Assembly (NCBI GenBank): GCA_964247055.1
Contig: OZ176056.1
Location: forward strand, 8,432,001-8,496,000
Source: Paragordius varius
Taxonomy: Eukaryota > Animalia > Nematomorpha
DNA: 64,000 bases
Direction of reading: 5' to 3'
This document shows, piece by piece, positions 38,001 through 48,200 of this stretch. The translations under genes were made by a program, and so were the position numbers. The notes below the pieces were generated by a model that saw nothing but the letters and a program-made list of their open reading frames with translations, was not told the origin of the DNA and did not search any database. The number at the start of each line of letters is the position of its first letter. The first letter of the stretch is position 1.

Positions 38001-40543
38001 TATGGCATAATTAATTATTTTTTTTCAGTTTTCTTTTAATTTAAAACAAAATTTTATTTTTTAAAAATTATATATTAAAATATAGGTAATTATTAATCTT
38101 AAAAAACATGTTATTTATTTGAGGGTGAATTTGACTTGTTTAAGGGTGTGAATTTGAATTGTTCAAGGGTTTGAATTTGAATTGTTCAAGGGGGTGAATT
38201 TGAATTGTTCAAGGGGGTGAATTTGAATTGTTTAAGGGTGCGTATGAATTTGAATTGTTTAAGGGTGAATTTAAATTGTTCAAGGGTGCGTGTGAATTTG
38301 AATTGTTCAAGGGGGTGAATTTGAATTGTTCGAGGAATTTGAATTGTTCAAGGGTGAATTTGAATTGTTTAAGGGTGAATTTGAACTGTAAATGGTGTAT
38401 ATAATTTTGATTTTTATAATTGTTTTTCTTTAAAACAAAAAGCAAGTAGTAATGAAATAGTCAGGTGCGCCCATGAGTTTATAATCGATTGTCGAGAGCT
38501 GTATGAAACGTGTGGAGTTGATTCAATCGATATTGCTAAGCGACTCCAAGATTATGGATTTCATGCCCCGACTGTTTCGTTTCCCATCTCAAGGTGTTTA
38601 ATGATTGAACCGACAGAATCTGAAACAAAAGGACAAATCGATAATTTTATACGTGCCATGTTATGTATGTGAGCTTTTAAGAGTTACTCCAAAAAATTTT
38701 ATTGAGAGTCTGTTCTGATTTTGGGCTTTTTGATAAAATGAATTTTAGGGGCATTAATTACCCCGATACAAGAGGGAGAAAAATATTTTGTATGACTGCG
38801 CATTTTAAAGAAACATTTTTTTTTCAAAAACGAATTTTATCTTGTAACTTTTTCTTTAACTGTAATATATCTGTCTGAGATTTTCTTATCTAATTAGAAT
38901 TTTATAAATAATTGTATTTATTGCGAAATACAGTAGAGTTCCCTATAATCACCGTGTGAAAATATATATGGTTTTAATCCGCCCTTATTGGGATAAATTA
39001 GAAAATAGTTAACTTAAACCTTATTAAAATAAGAAAAAAGCATATTGCTATTTTCAACATTAGAGTTTATTAATGGGCCAAAGATATTATAAAAAAGTTT
39101 GCTTGTGTTATAAAATTGATAACTTAAAAAATATAGATTTTAGTTTAATTGCTGTCGCATTATAATATCATATTATTACAAATCCTATTATACGGAACTT
39201 TAGGCGATTGAATCCTACTCAGACCTGTATATCATGCATATTTATTATATAAAAATCTTTAAGCATTTATATTTAAAAAAATAAAATTTTTATTCATAGC
39301 TATAGCAAAAGAAATCGAAGATATTCGTAATGGAACATACACTAGGGAAAATAATCCTTTAAAGGTTAATTATTAATTTGAATCCTTTTATATTAAACAA
39401 ATGCTCAAATTTTTTCAGATCTAATTTTAAGTTCTTATATGTATAATTTTTAGAATGCTCCTCATTCACAAACTCTGATTTCAAAGAGTGATGATTGGAA
39501 ATTTCCATATAGCAGACGCCTAGCCTTTTTTCCTATGGTAAAAAAAAGTTTTTTATTTTACCGAACATAACACATACCATTTTTATTACTCTTTACAGTA
39601 ATATGTGAGATTAAAAAACTGTTATACTTTTTTAAACTTTATTTTTTCGATATATATATGTAACTTATTGTATTTTGTTTTGCAAATTAAGTTATAGAAA
39701 TGTAAATGGGTAACAAATCAATGTATATTACAATTGTAATTAAATAATTTTTGAAGGAAAAAATAAGGTTTTATAAAAAAGTATGGTTGTTCTTTTGAAA
39801 CAAAATATATGTCTTTATATTTTTACTGTATTTTATAGTTACAGCAAATATTGAAATTATACACATACAAAAGGTGAAAATATAAAGCAAATATTTTTTT
39901 TCAAACAGACAACCATATGTTAATCTTGATTTTTTTTAATAACTAACTCATAGTTTTAATCCATAATGTCTAGTATAGGAATGTAAAATTTGCAGTCAAT
40001 TATGTATTTTACGATTGTAATTAAATGTATTTTTATAGGATAAATATTGAGGTTTTCTTTTGAAAAACAATTTTTTCCTCATATTTTTACATTTTGTTAG
40101 TATAATTTCAATTTATACTGTGCCTATATTTTATATATTAGGAATCAAAATTCAAATTCACCCTTAAACAATTCAAATTCACCCATAACTAAAATATATG
40201 TTTTTTAAGATTAAAAATTACCAATATTTTTATATATTTTTAAAAAATAGAAATTTTGTATTAAATTAAAATAATACTGAAAAAATAATAAACTATGCCA
40301 TAAAGATGTATTTCATACTTATAATGAGTTATATTAGTTCGTAAACACATAATTCATTTTTAGGGTGAATTTGAATTGTTCAAGGGTGAATTTGAATTGT
40401 TCAAGGGTGAATTTGAATTGTTCAAGGGTAAATTTGAACTGTAAATGGTATATTAGGAATCAAAATTCAAGTATTGGCCTCCGGTTGGTCGCGTGGACGA
40501 AATATTTGGTGACAAAAATCCGATTTGTTCGGCAAAACATTAA
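22341..40543 (+). CDS. GLDC: Glycine dehydrogenase (decarboxylating), mitochondrial glycine cleavage P-protein
   Basis: Exons 22341-22451, 22486-22730 (possibly split by 22568-22594), 23738-23902, 24738-24815, 25232-25400, 26180-26370, 27227-27323, 28780-28885, 29436-29587, 29996-30189, 31097-31181, 31274-31315, 32102-32244, 33415-33502, 33931-34056, 34393-34472, 35011-35080, 35432-35544, 36292-36662 (or 36675), 38461 (or 38465)-38664, 39300-39364, 39454-39537, 40457-40543. Motifs: [106 protein letters not shown] (PLP Lys), [22 protein letters not shown]. Ser/Arg-rich N-terminus fits a mitochondrial presequence. Confidence 0.97.
23191..23490. mobile_element. Non-autonomous hAT (Charlie-like) element, 300 bp
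   Basis: TIR CAGGGGTGTCCTATAC versus reverse complement CAAGGGTGTTCAATAC (13/16). 8-bp TSD ccttagac / gcttagac with central TA. Subterminal gcggcccg motifs. Confidence 0.8.
24249..24378. mobile_element. Small hairpin MITE, family C
   Basis: cacactatagtaggagggcaatttggaacacaacaggagagtgtatgg ... ccatacactactgttatgttgcaaatttccct. Confidence 0.65.
25799..26147. mobile_element. Family A MITE
   Basis: tataccatttacagctcaaattcaccc; 21-bp arms; right tip missing. Confidence 0.9.
27345..28170. repeat. Intronic satellite in GLDC, ~7 units of ~105-120 bp
   Basis: Unit aaaatataaagttgaaaaa...ggtaataatctgaattttaaagggtttttttg...ccataaagcgttaaaaatat repeated head-to-tail. Confidence 0.9.
28927..29165. mobile_element. 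Family A MITE (degenerate, internally deleted)
   Basis: aaaatcacccttgaa repeats ... gagggtgaatttgaaaggtaaatggtata. Confidence 0.8.
30251..30531. mobile_element. Family B MITE (degenerate)
   Basis: Right arm tttgtctttatatttttacgtttcgtccatagtataatttcaatt plus the shared core ttgttaccaatttacatttcta. Confidence 0.7.
30727..30989. mobile_element. Family A MITE inserted in a (TA)n run
   Basis: catttacaattcgaatttacccttgaac ... gggtgaatttgaattgtaaatgg. Confidence 0.85.
32266..32423. repeat. ~62-bp direct duplication just after a GLDC donor
   Basis: tttttatttgcattgtgatttt..aaaaaaatatttgtttgaggtttacgttaaggagttttt at about 32266-32330 and 32359-32423. Confidence 0.85.
32462..32759. mobile_element. 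Family B MITE
   Basis: cagtaaaaattgaaattata ... aatttcaatttttactg. Confidence 0.85.
32918..33223. mobile_element. Family B MITE
   Basis: TA|CAGTAAAAATTGAAATTATA ... TATAATTTCAGTTTTTACTG|TA. Confidence 0.9.
34483..34693. mobile_element. Family A MITE (internally deleted)
   Basis: ccatttacaattcaaatt ... tttgaactgtaaatggtata. Confidence 0.85.
36088..36215. mobile_element. Small TACAGTAGCG-ended MITE (family C2); further copies at 44798-44925 and 48888-48998
   Basis: tacagtagcg..g..ataaaacaa(t/c)ttttgtcc.taat ... ttttacccata.ac.(t)actg shared among the three loci. Confidence 0.55.
36745..37028. mobile_element. Family B MITE
   Basis: aaaatataaagacaaatat ... ttttacgttttgtccgtataatttcaatttttactgta. 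Confidence 0.8.
37455..37844. mobile_element. Family B MITE (two left arms, one right arm)
   Basis: The left-arm motif ggacaa/ggaaacgt.aaaatataa.gac occurs twice; right end ttttgtccgtatagtttcagttttactgta. Confidence 0.75.
37876..38400. mobile_element. Family A MITE with expanded right arm
   Basis: About 12 units of aagggtgaatttgaattgttc at 38120-38390; ends gaactgtaaatggtgtat. Confidence 0.9.
39593..40120. mobile_element. Two adjacent family B MITEs (about 39593-39830 and 39839-40120)
   Basis: gtatggttgtt...ctttatatttttactgta, followed by acagcaaatattgaaattata ... tataatttcaatttatactg. Confidence 0.7.
40149..40452. mobile_element. Family A MITE abutting the last GLDC exon
   Basis: aattcaaattcacccttaaac ... 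gaactgtaaatggtata; the left tip is replaced by a duplicate of the exon start. Confidence 0.9.
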
Positions 40544-40564
40544 ACCAACGTCTTTCATTTTATA

Positions 40565-40825
40565 TATTTACCTTCAAACGTTAAAATTATACGGACAAAT
40601 CGTAAAAATATAATGACAAATATTTTTATATACCATAATTTTTTTAATCTTGATATTTTAAATAATATAATTCATTGGTTTAATAAAATATTACAGTATA
40701 TTAGTAACTAACACAATTGATTACATATTTTACGATTGTTATTAACTTTAATACGCTAAATTTTGAAAAAAATATTTGTCTTTATAATTTTACGTTTTGT
40801 CCGTATAATTTCAAATTTTACTGTA
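40565..40825. mobile_element. Family B MITE in the GLDC 3'-UTR region
   Basis: aaattatacggacaaatcgtaaaaatataa ... ttttgtccgtataatttcaaattttactgta, starting about 20 nt after the stop codon. Confidence 0.8.
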
Positions 40826-41048
40826 TCTGTTTATATTAACAATTTTAATCTAACCAGATTTTTATTAAGCATTCATGATGGATGCTTTTTAAATATCCGA
40901 TCAATGCAAAATCCACTCAACATTTTAAAAATATCGAAATTTTTTTCCTAAAACATATACTCAATGCACCACCGATAATATATTACTAACAATATTTATA
41001 TTTACACACACTATTTATAAAAATTATAATTCCAAAATTTAAAATAAA

Positions 41049-41339
41049 TACAGTAAAAATTGAAATTATACGAATCAAATGTAAAAGTATAAAGAGTATT
41101 ATTTTTTTCTGAAAATCAACCTACTTTTTAAATCTAATATCAATATAACTCATTCTTTTAAATGGCAAAGAGTGAAATAGAAATTTATAATACTAACACA
41201 ATCAATTCTATATTTACAATTATAACTAAGTAGCTTATATGAGAAACATTACCCTTTTAAAAAGTATGGTTGTCTTTTAGAAAAAAATATTTGTGTTTTA
41301 TTTTTGCGTTTTGTCCGTATAATTTCAATTTTTACTGTA
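41049..41339. mobile_element. Family B MITE
   Basis: TA|CAGTAAAAATTGAAATTATACG ... CGTATAATTTCAATTTTTACTG|TA. Confidence 0.9.
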
Positions 41340-42296
41340 TATTTATGAATTTGCTAGTATTTATAATAATATTTTTAGGTAATAATAATATGCTTTTGTA
41401 TATGAAAAAACATGATGAAATATCCAAATATTTATTTTAGGTGTTTTGCAAAATAATTGTAAGAAGTTTACTGATAATTTTTAACATTAGCCAAATCAAA
41501 TTCTAGCAAACTATACTTCTACTGTGAAGTCTAATTTTATTACGAAATTAATTAACGAAATGGAAATTCAACAAAATTTTTTTTCAACACTACCAAAACT
41601 ATTCCAAAAAGTGTTAAGGCGCTAAATTTTTCCTTTGATATATAATCATATATATATATGATAATCTGTGGGAAAAAATCAGCTAAAATTAATAGCTTAA
41701 CCCAACAAGGAAAGGTACATAAGTAAGATTTCCTCGAATATCTTGTAATCAAATCACACTTTTCAAAGCCTTAAAACTAAACTTGCAAACTGTTTGCCTT
41801 AAAAATTAAAATTTTACATAGAAAAAAACGTAAAAATAAAAGACAAAAATATATTTTATAAATTTAAACCTGGATATTAAATATAACCAACCTTTTCGCA
41901 TATATAATCAAAAAGTTAATTAATTATTATATAACTTATGTAAAAAATATCAAAGTTTAAAAAGTATAGTTTTTTTTTGAAAAATGTGGTTTTTTTTCGT
42001 GTTCGTAAATTAACTTAAACATTCCTCATGAATTCTATTAATTAATCCCTTATAATTAAAAAATACCAATTTTTCAACTTATTTCGTAGAAATCTAAAAT
42101 TTTTGCTTATAATCGACTATTCTTATGTTAAAATACCGATAAATGTATATATATATATATATATTAAATATAAAATTGTATAGTTAAAAATTTACATGTG
42201 AAAATATACATATTACATACTACACATAATTATAAAAAATATAACAGGTGTGTCATAAAAAACAGGATTTCCAACATTCAGGAGGGGTGGGGGAGT

Positions 42297-45200
42297 TTAA
42301 AAAAGACCACATTCCTTTAAATTGTTTTTAATGATAATATCGGTGACAGCATCGAAGACAAATCTAATATTTTCCGTATCTGTGGCACATGTAAAATGAG
42401 CATAAATTTCTTTATCGCTATTGAGTATGACGGCACCTCCTAAGTATTGAAATAATGTTAAAAAGACAAAAATATCCATAATAATTTTGAAAAAATTAAT
42501 AAAAATATACATACGGTTTCTCAATGCTTTCAAAGTTGATATTGATTAACAATTTTGTTAAATAATAATAGAAAATAGGTTAATAACGATAAATAAATAG
42601 ATAAATGATATACAATTTAATTGTAAAAGTTAAAAACAAAACAAAAAAGTCAAAAGACCAACTTAAAGTGTTCAAGGACCAACTTAAAGTGTTCAAGGGC
42701 CAACTTGAATTGTTCAAGGACCAACTTGAAATGTTCAAGGACCAACTTAAAATGTTCAAGGACCAACTTGAATTGTTCAAGGACCAACTTGAAATTTTCA
42801 AGGAAAATAAATATTTAATTTGGAAAAAATAGAAACAACCAGATACTTTAACAAACAACATTTATGTTGTTTCTATAATCTTTATAATTATCAAGCCTTA
42901 AAGGAAGTACCCTTTGTAGGCTATTATAAGCATCAGTCTTGCGCGCATCTTTATTTTTACTTTTAAAATATCCAAATATAATCATTTTCGATAATTCATA
43001 ATTACAATTATGAAATATATAATAATTGATGTGTTACCTTAAACATATCTTTAGCTTTTTTGATTATATATATATAATATATATAACCGAATAATGTTTT
43101 AAATAGTAGTATGATTTCTTTTTTTAAAAAAAATATTTGTCCCTTTTTTATGTTATGTCTGTAAAATTTAATTACTATAAATGTAATAAAAAAACAATGT
43201 AACGTAAAAGTTCCAAAAATATATTTTTAAAGGTTTTTTCAAGTAATATATGTTTTACAAAATTCTCAAAAAAGGTTTCTGCTAATAAGTTAACTAAAAA
43301 TGATTTCTGCAAACACCAGGGGGAAATAGCAGTAAGTAAGATTTTATTTGCCAATATTAATAAGTTGATTTTAGAAATACAAATTTTCAATGAAATATAA
43401 ATGTTTAAAAAATTTCATCATACAAAATAATGGTATAAAGTTGTTTTTAGTATGGTAAAAATAAAATTTTTAATTTCTATTAATTTGTACATATCTATGA
43501 TTATTGGAATAATACATGTATAATTATGATCAAGACTAATTATTTTTTCGGTCTAAAATTTAATCCTATAAATTATATAGATTTTGGCAAAAATGTGGTT
43601 TGATTAATTATATAATAGTGGATCTTTATAAAATGTCTTAAAATGAAATTTAAGAAATATACTATTTTTAATTGTGCAAAGTCCAGTGGTTTTGTATAAA
43701 AATTGCAGCATGCTTTTAAAACAGATTAAATTACCAAAACTACGTTATAGAATCATTTGATAAAATGTTCGGATTTTAAAACCTATAACTAATTCTAAAA
43801 CCATAGTATATATATATATATATATATATATACCATTTACAATTCAATTTCACCCTTAAACAATTCAAATTCACCCTTCAACAATTCAAATTCACCCTCG
43901 AACGATTCAAATTCGCCCTCAAATAAAATATATGTTTTTTGAGATCCAAAATTACCTATATTTTATATATTTTTCAAAAATAAAAATTTTGTTTTAAATT
44001 AAAATAATACTGAAAAAGTAATAAACTGTACCATAAGCATATATTTCATATTAATAATGAGTTATATTAGTTCGAAAACACATAAAATATTTTTAGGGTG
44101 AATTTGAATTGTTCGAGGGTGGATTCGAATTGTTCAAGGGTGAATTTGAATTGTTCAAGGGTGTATTTGAACTGTAAATGGTATATATATAATTTTTTTG
44201 GTGATGGAAAATTTATTTTAAATATCAAATTACCATTTTGATTGTGGTCTCCGACATGAAAATTATTTACATTTCCATTGTTTTGAGCCTTACAAGTTCG
44301 TTTATTGAGAGATTCAAATTTGTGTTGAATATAGGCACCGGCTTCCTCGTATGTATTTGGACCTAGGTAGGAACCACAGAAAAATTTTCTAAAAATTTAA
44401 GACTAACTAATTAATGTTTGTTGTTTTATAAAGACAATTATTATATCTATCTATATTTTCTATACCACATATTTTTAGTCCTACCATAACTATTTATATA
44501 GTTATTAGAGAATTCATACATTTGAAAGAAATTATAAAGTTAAAAATTGTAAAGACTAATATTTGTTTTATAAAGACAACTAAAACTTTTAAACCATATT
44601 ATTTTCATATAACTAACGGGATAAAAATTAATACAATTATTCATAATTTAAAATTATAAAATTAAAGTTTAAGAAATTGTTTTTTAATCGTTACGTTTTG
44701 TCCGTATAATCAAATTATACGTTCATGTATTTTATTTATATTTCTGTCCATAAAAATTATTTGGCCATCGTTATCAATGGTGTTTTTTTAACTTACATAC
44801 AGTAGCGCATAGTAAAAAAGAACAAATGGTTAATATTTGACAACTTTTTCCTGTCTTTTAACATTTATTCAGTTTATTTATTATGGACAAGCTTTGTTTT
44901 ATACTATACACTATTGTGTGTGGTACGATTAATTAAAAATTGTGCAAAAATTATTATTTCTTATAAATAATTTGGATTAGTGGAAATATATCATATGGCT
45001 ATAATAAATTTATGATTTATCATACTTTTTTTTGGATATTTATACTTTTTTTTAGTAGTTTTACATGGAAAAAATTTATTTTAAACTTACCAGTGTACTC
45101 GGGGAAGCATTGATTTAAGGGTGATTTTTGAATTTTTTCTTGAAATAGATCCTTTTTATTTAGGAACAAAATAATGGATGTATCCATAAACCATTTATTG

Positions 45201-48200
45201 TTGCAAATCGAATCAAACAATTTCAAACTTTCTATCATCCGATTCTAAAAGCACATATGTATTGTTATTCTTATATAATTTAAATACCGTAAAAAACTTT
45301 AAAAATTGAAATTCAAACGGACAAAATGTAAAAATATAAAGACAATTATTCTTATCTCTACATCTTAATTATTTTTGTTTTTAAATGGAAATTATAAAAT
45401 AGAGACGTCAATATTAATAACACAATCGATTATTATAACGAAATGGTTTAATATGATAAATTAAGGTATGAAAAAGTATGGTTGGTTGTCTTTTGAAAAA
45501 AAATATTTTTACTTTTTGTCCGTATAATTTAATTTTTACCATATATATATTATAATACTCGTAAGATATTAAAAAATTTAGAACTTTTACATATGTAATA
45601 ATATTCGTGAAATAATTTGAAACTATATAACCAATGGAAAAACTTATAAGATTAACAAACCTTTACTATAAGCTTAGATATTTTGTTATTCTAGATAAAT
45701 TAAAAATTTACGGGGAAAACATATAAAATACAGTTTTTTTAGGATTTAACCCTCGTTCACCTACTGTAGTGTAATCTAAATCTACTTTTTACTTAAAGCA
45801 AAAAAAAAGTAATTTTTTTTATGAAAAAAACACATTTTTTTAACATTTTAATGCTTTATTAAGTATCTATCAATTTGGGTTCCTAAGAAAGAGGGATGGA
45901 AATAATTGGTAATAACACACACACTTAAAAATGCTCCACAATTTCAATCATATTTATTATATAAAAAAAGTTTTTAGTGTTTAACTTTGCCTATATAATT
46001 CAAATAACGGGCAAAAAAATATGTTATAAATAAAGATATATACCATTTACAACTCAAATTCACCCTTAAACAACTCAAATTCGCCCTCGAACAATTCAAA
46101 TTCACCCTTGAACAATTCAAATTCGCCCTCGAACAATTCAAATTCGCCCTCGAACAATACAAATTCACAAGATTAAAAATTACCTATATTTTATATATTT
46201 TTAAAATATAAAAAATTTTGTTTAGGATGAATTTGAATTGTAAATGGTATATATATATCAAGTATCTGTGGTTTGTAACCGTTTCATCATCCTCAGCTAG
46301 CTTTAAGTCATAACCGCTAAGTGAAACACAAAATATTATAGCGGTAACACCCTCAAAACAATGAATCCATTTTTTGCGTTCAGATCGTTGGCCCCCCACA
46401 TCAAACATTCTAAATAAATTAAATTGCAATTTCAAATTTTATTTTTTATTTAGTTTTGGATTCAAAAACAGTAAAAAAACCTAAAAATTGAAACAAAAAC
46501 AAAATTTTTTACACAGTAATTTATATATAGACAAAAAGTGATCATTAATAATCGAAGTAAAAATATTTTGAAAATTGATTGAGAACAATAAAAATCTAAA
46601 AGACATATTTTTGGCGTCTAATAAAGACATGACATCAATACTTTTTAACTTTGTTGTGTCAACGATTTAATTATACATAAATTTTAAAACATATATATAA
46701 ATGAGGATATCTATATTCTCTATTTTTCAAACGCCAAGGAATATTAAAAATATATGGTTTCTTTTCAATTTTCATTGTAGAATCTATGTATAAATATACT
46801 TGAAATGCAAATTTTTAAAGGTGAATTGAGTTTCTACAATACCAGTAGTTTTTACACGTGTACGTAATACATCTTGAACTGTCGGAATGTATGTGGGACT
46901 AAAAATGCGGTCTAACGAATCCAAATAGCTAAAATTATTTATTGTTAAATTTTTAAATTGTTGTTTTTGAGGGAAAACAACAAAAATATTTTATGATTAT
47001 TTTATAAAAAAATATTATTATTTTATACATTTGAAAATCTTTTATATGGAAGCATTTCGCTTATAATTTAAGTATATACCATTTACTACATTTCAAATTC
47101 ACCCTTGAACAATTCATATTCACCCTCAAATAAATAGATTGTGTTTTTCTAGATTAAAAATTACCTATATTTTCATATATTATTTCAAAATAAAATTTTT
47201 GTTTTAAATTAAAATAATACTATTGAAAAATTAATAAACTAAGCCATAAAGATATATTTCATATTAATAATGATAAGATATATTAGCCCGAAAACATATT
47301 ACTTATTTTTAGGGTAAATTTGAATTGTTCAAGGGTGAATATGAATTGTAAATAATGGTATGACTTTTTAGCCCTTAGATTTCTTATTTTCATTTGCAGA
47401 TTTTTATATGATTGTATATAGAATTAAATACCCTGTGAGAATAATTTCACACAATTTATGAATCATTTTAATATAAGGACGCAAAAAAAAGATAAAAAGA
47501 TAAAAAGATAGCTATAGAAATAGAAAGTTGCCTTACTATTGGGCCGAATCATTGAGTTGGTATTCACGTGAACGTAGGAAACACATTTGAATGCCAGGAT
47601 CTTTCCACAAACGTTTCATGACATCTATGAGTTCCCGCCTAATTCCTGTCGAATAATTCAAATCATCGGAATTATGTAGATTTTCACCATCCGTTGCGGT
47701 TTTATCATTGTGATGATGATCAATCGTGCCAGCAAGAATGAATAATTGTTTAGCATCCTCCTGTAAGGAATATATACCATTTACAATTTAAATTCACCCT
47801 TAAACAATTCAAATTCACCCCCTTGAACAATTCAAATTAACCCTTAAACAATTCAAATTCACCCTTGAGAACATTTCAAATTCACCCTCGAACAATTCAA
47901 ATTCACCCCCTTGAACAATTTAAATTCACCCTCGAACAATTCAAATTCACCTTTAAACAATTCAAATTCACCCTCGAACAATTCAAATTCACCTTCGAAC
48001 AATTCAAATTCACCCTTGAACAATTCAAATTCACCCTCAAATAAATTATGTGTTTTTTAAGATTAAATATTACCTATATTTTTTTTATATTTTTTAAAAA
48101 AGAAATTTTGTATGTAATCAAAAAAATACTGAAAAAATAATAAACTTTGCCATAAAAATATAATTAATTTTGATGATGAGTTACATTAGACCGAAATTTC

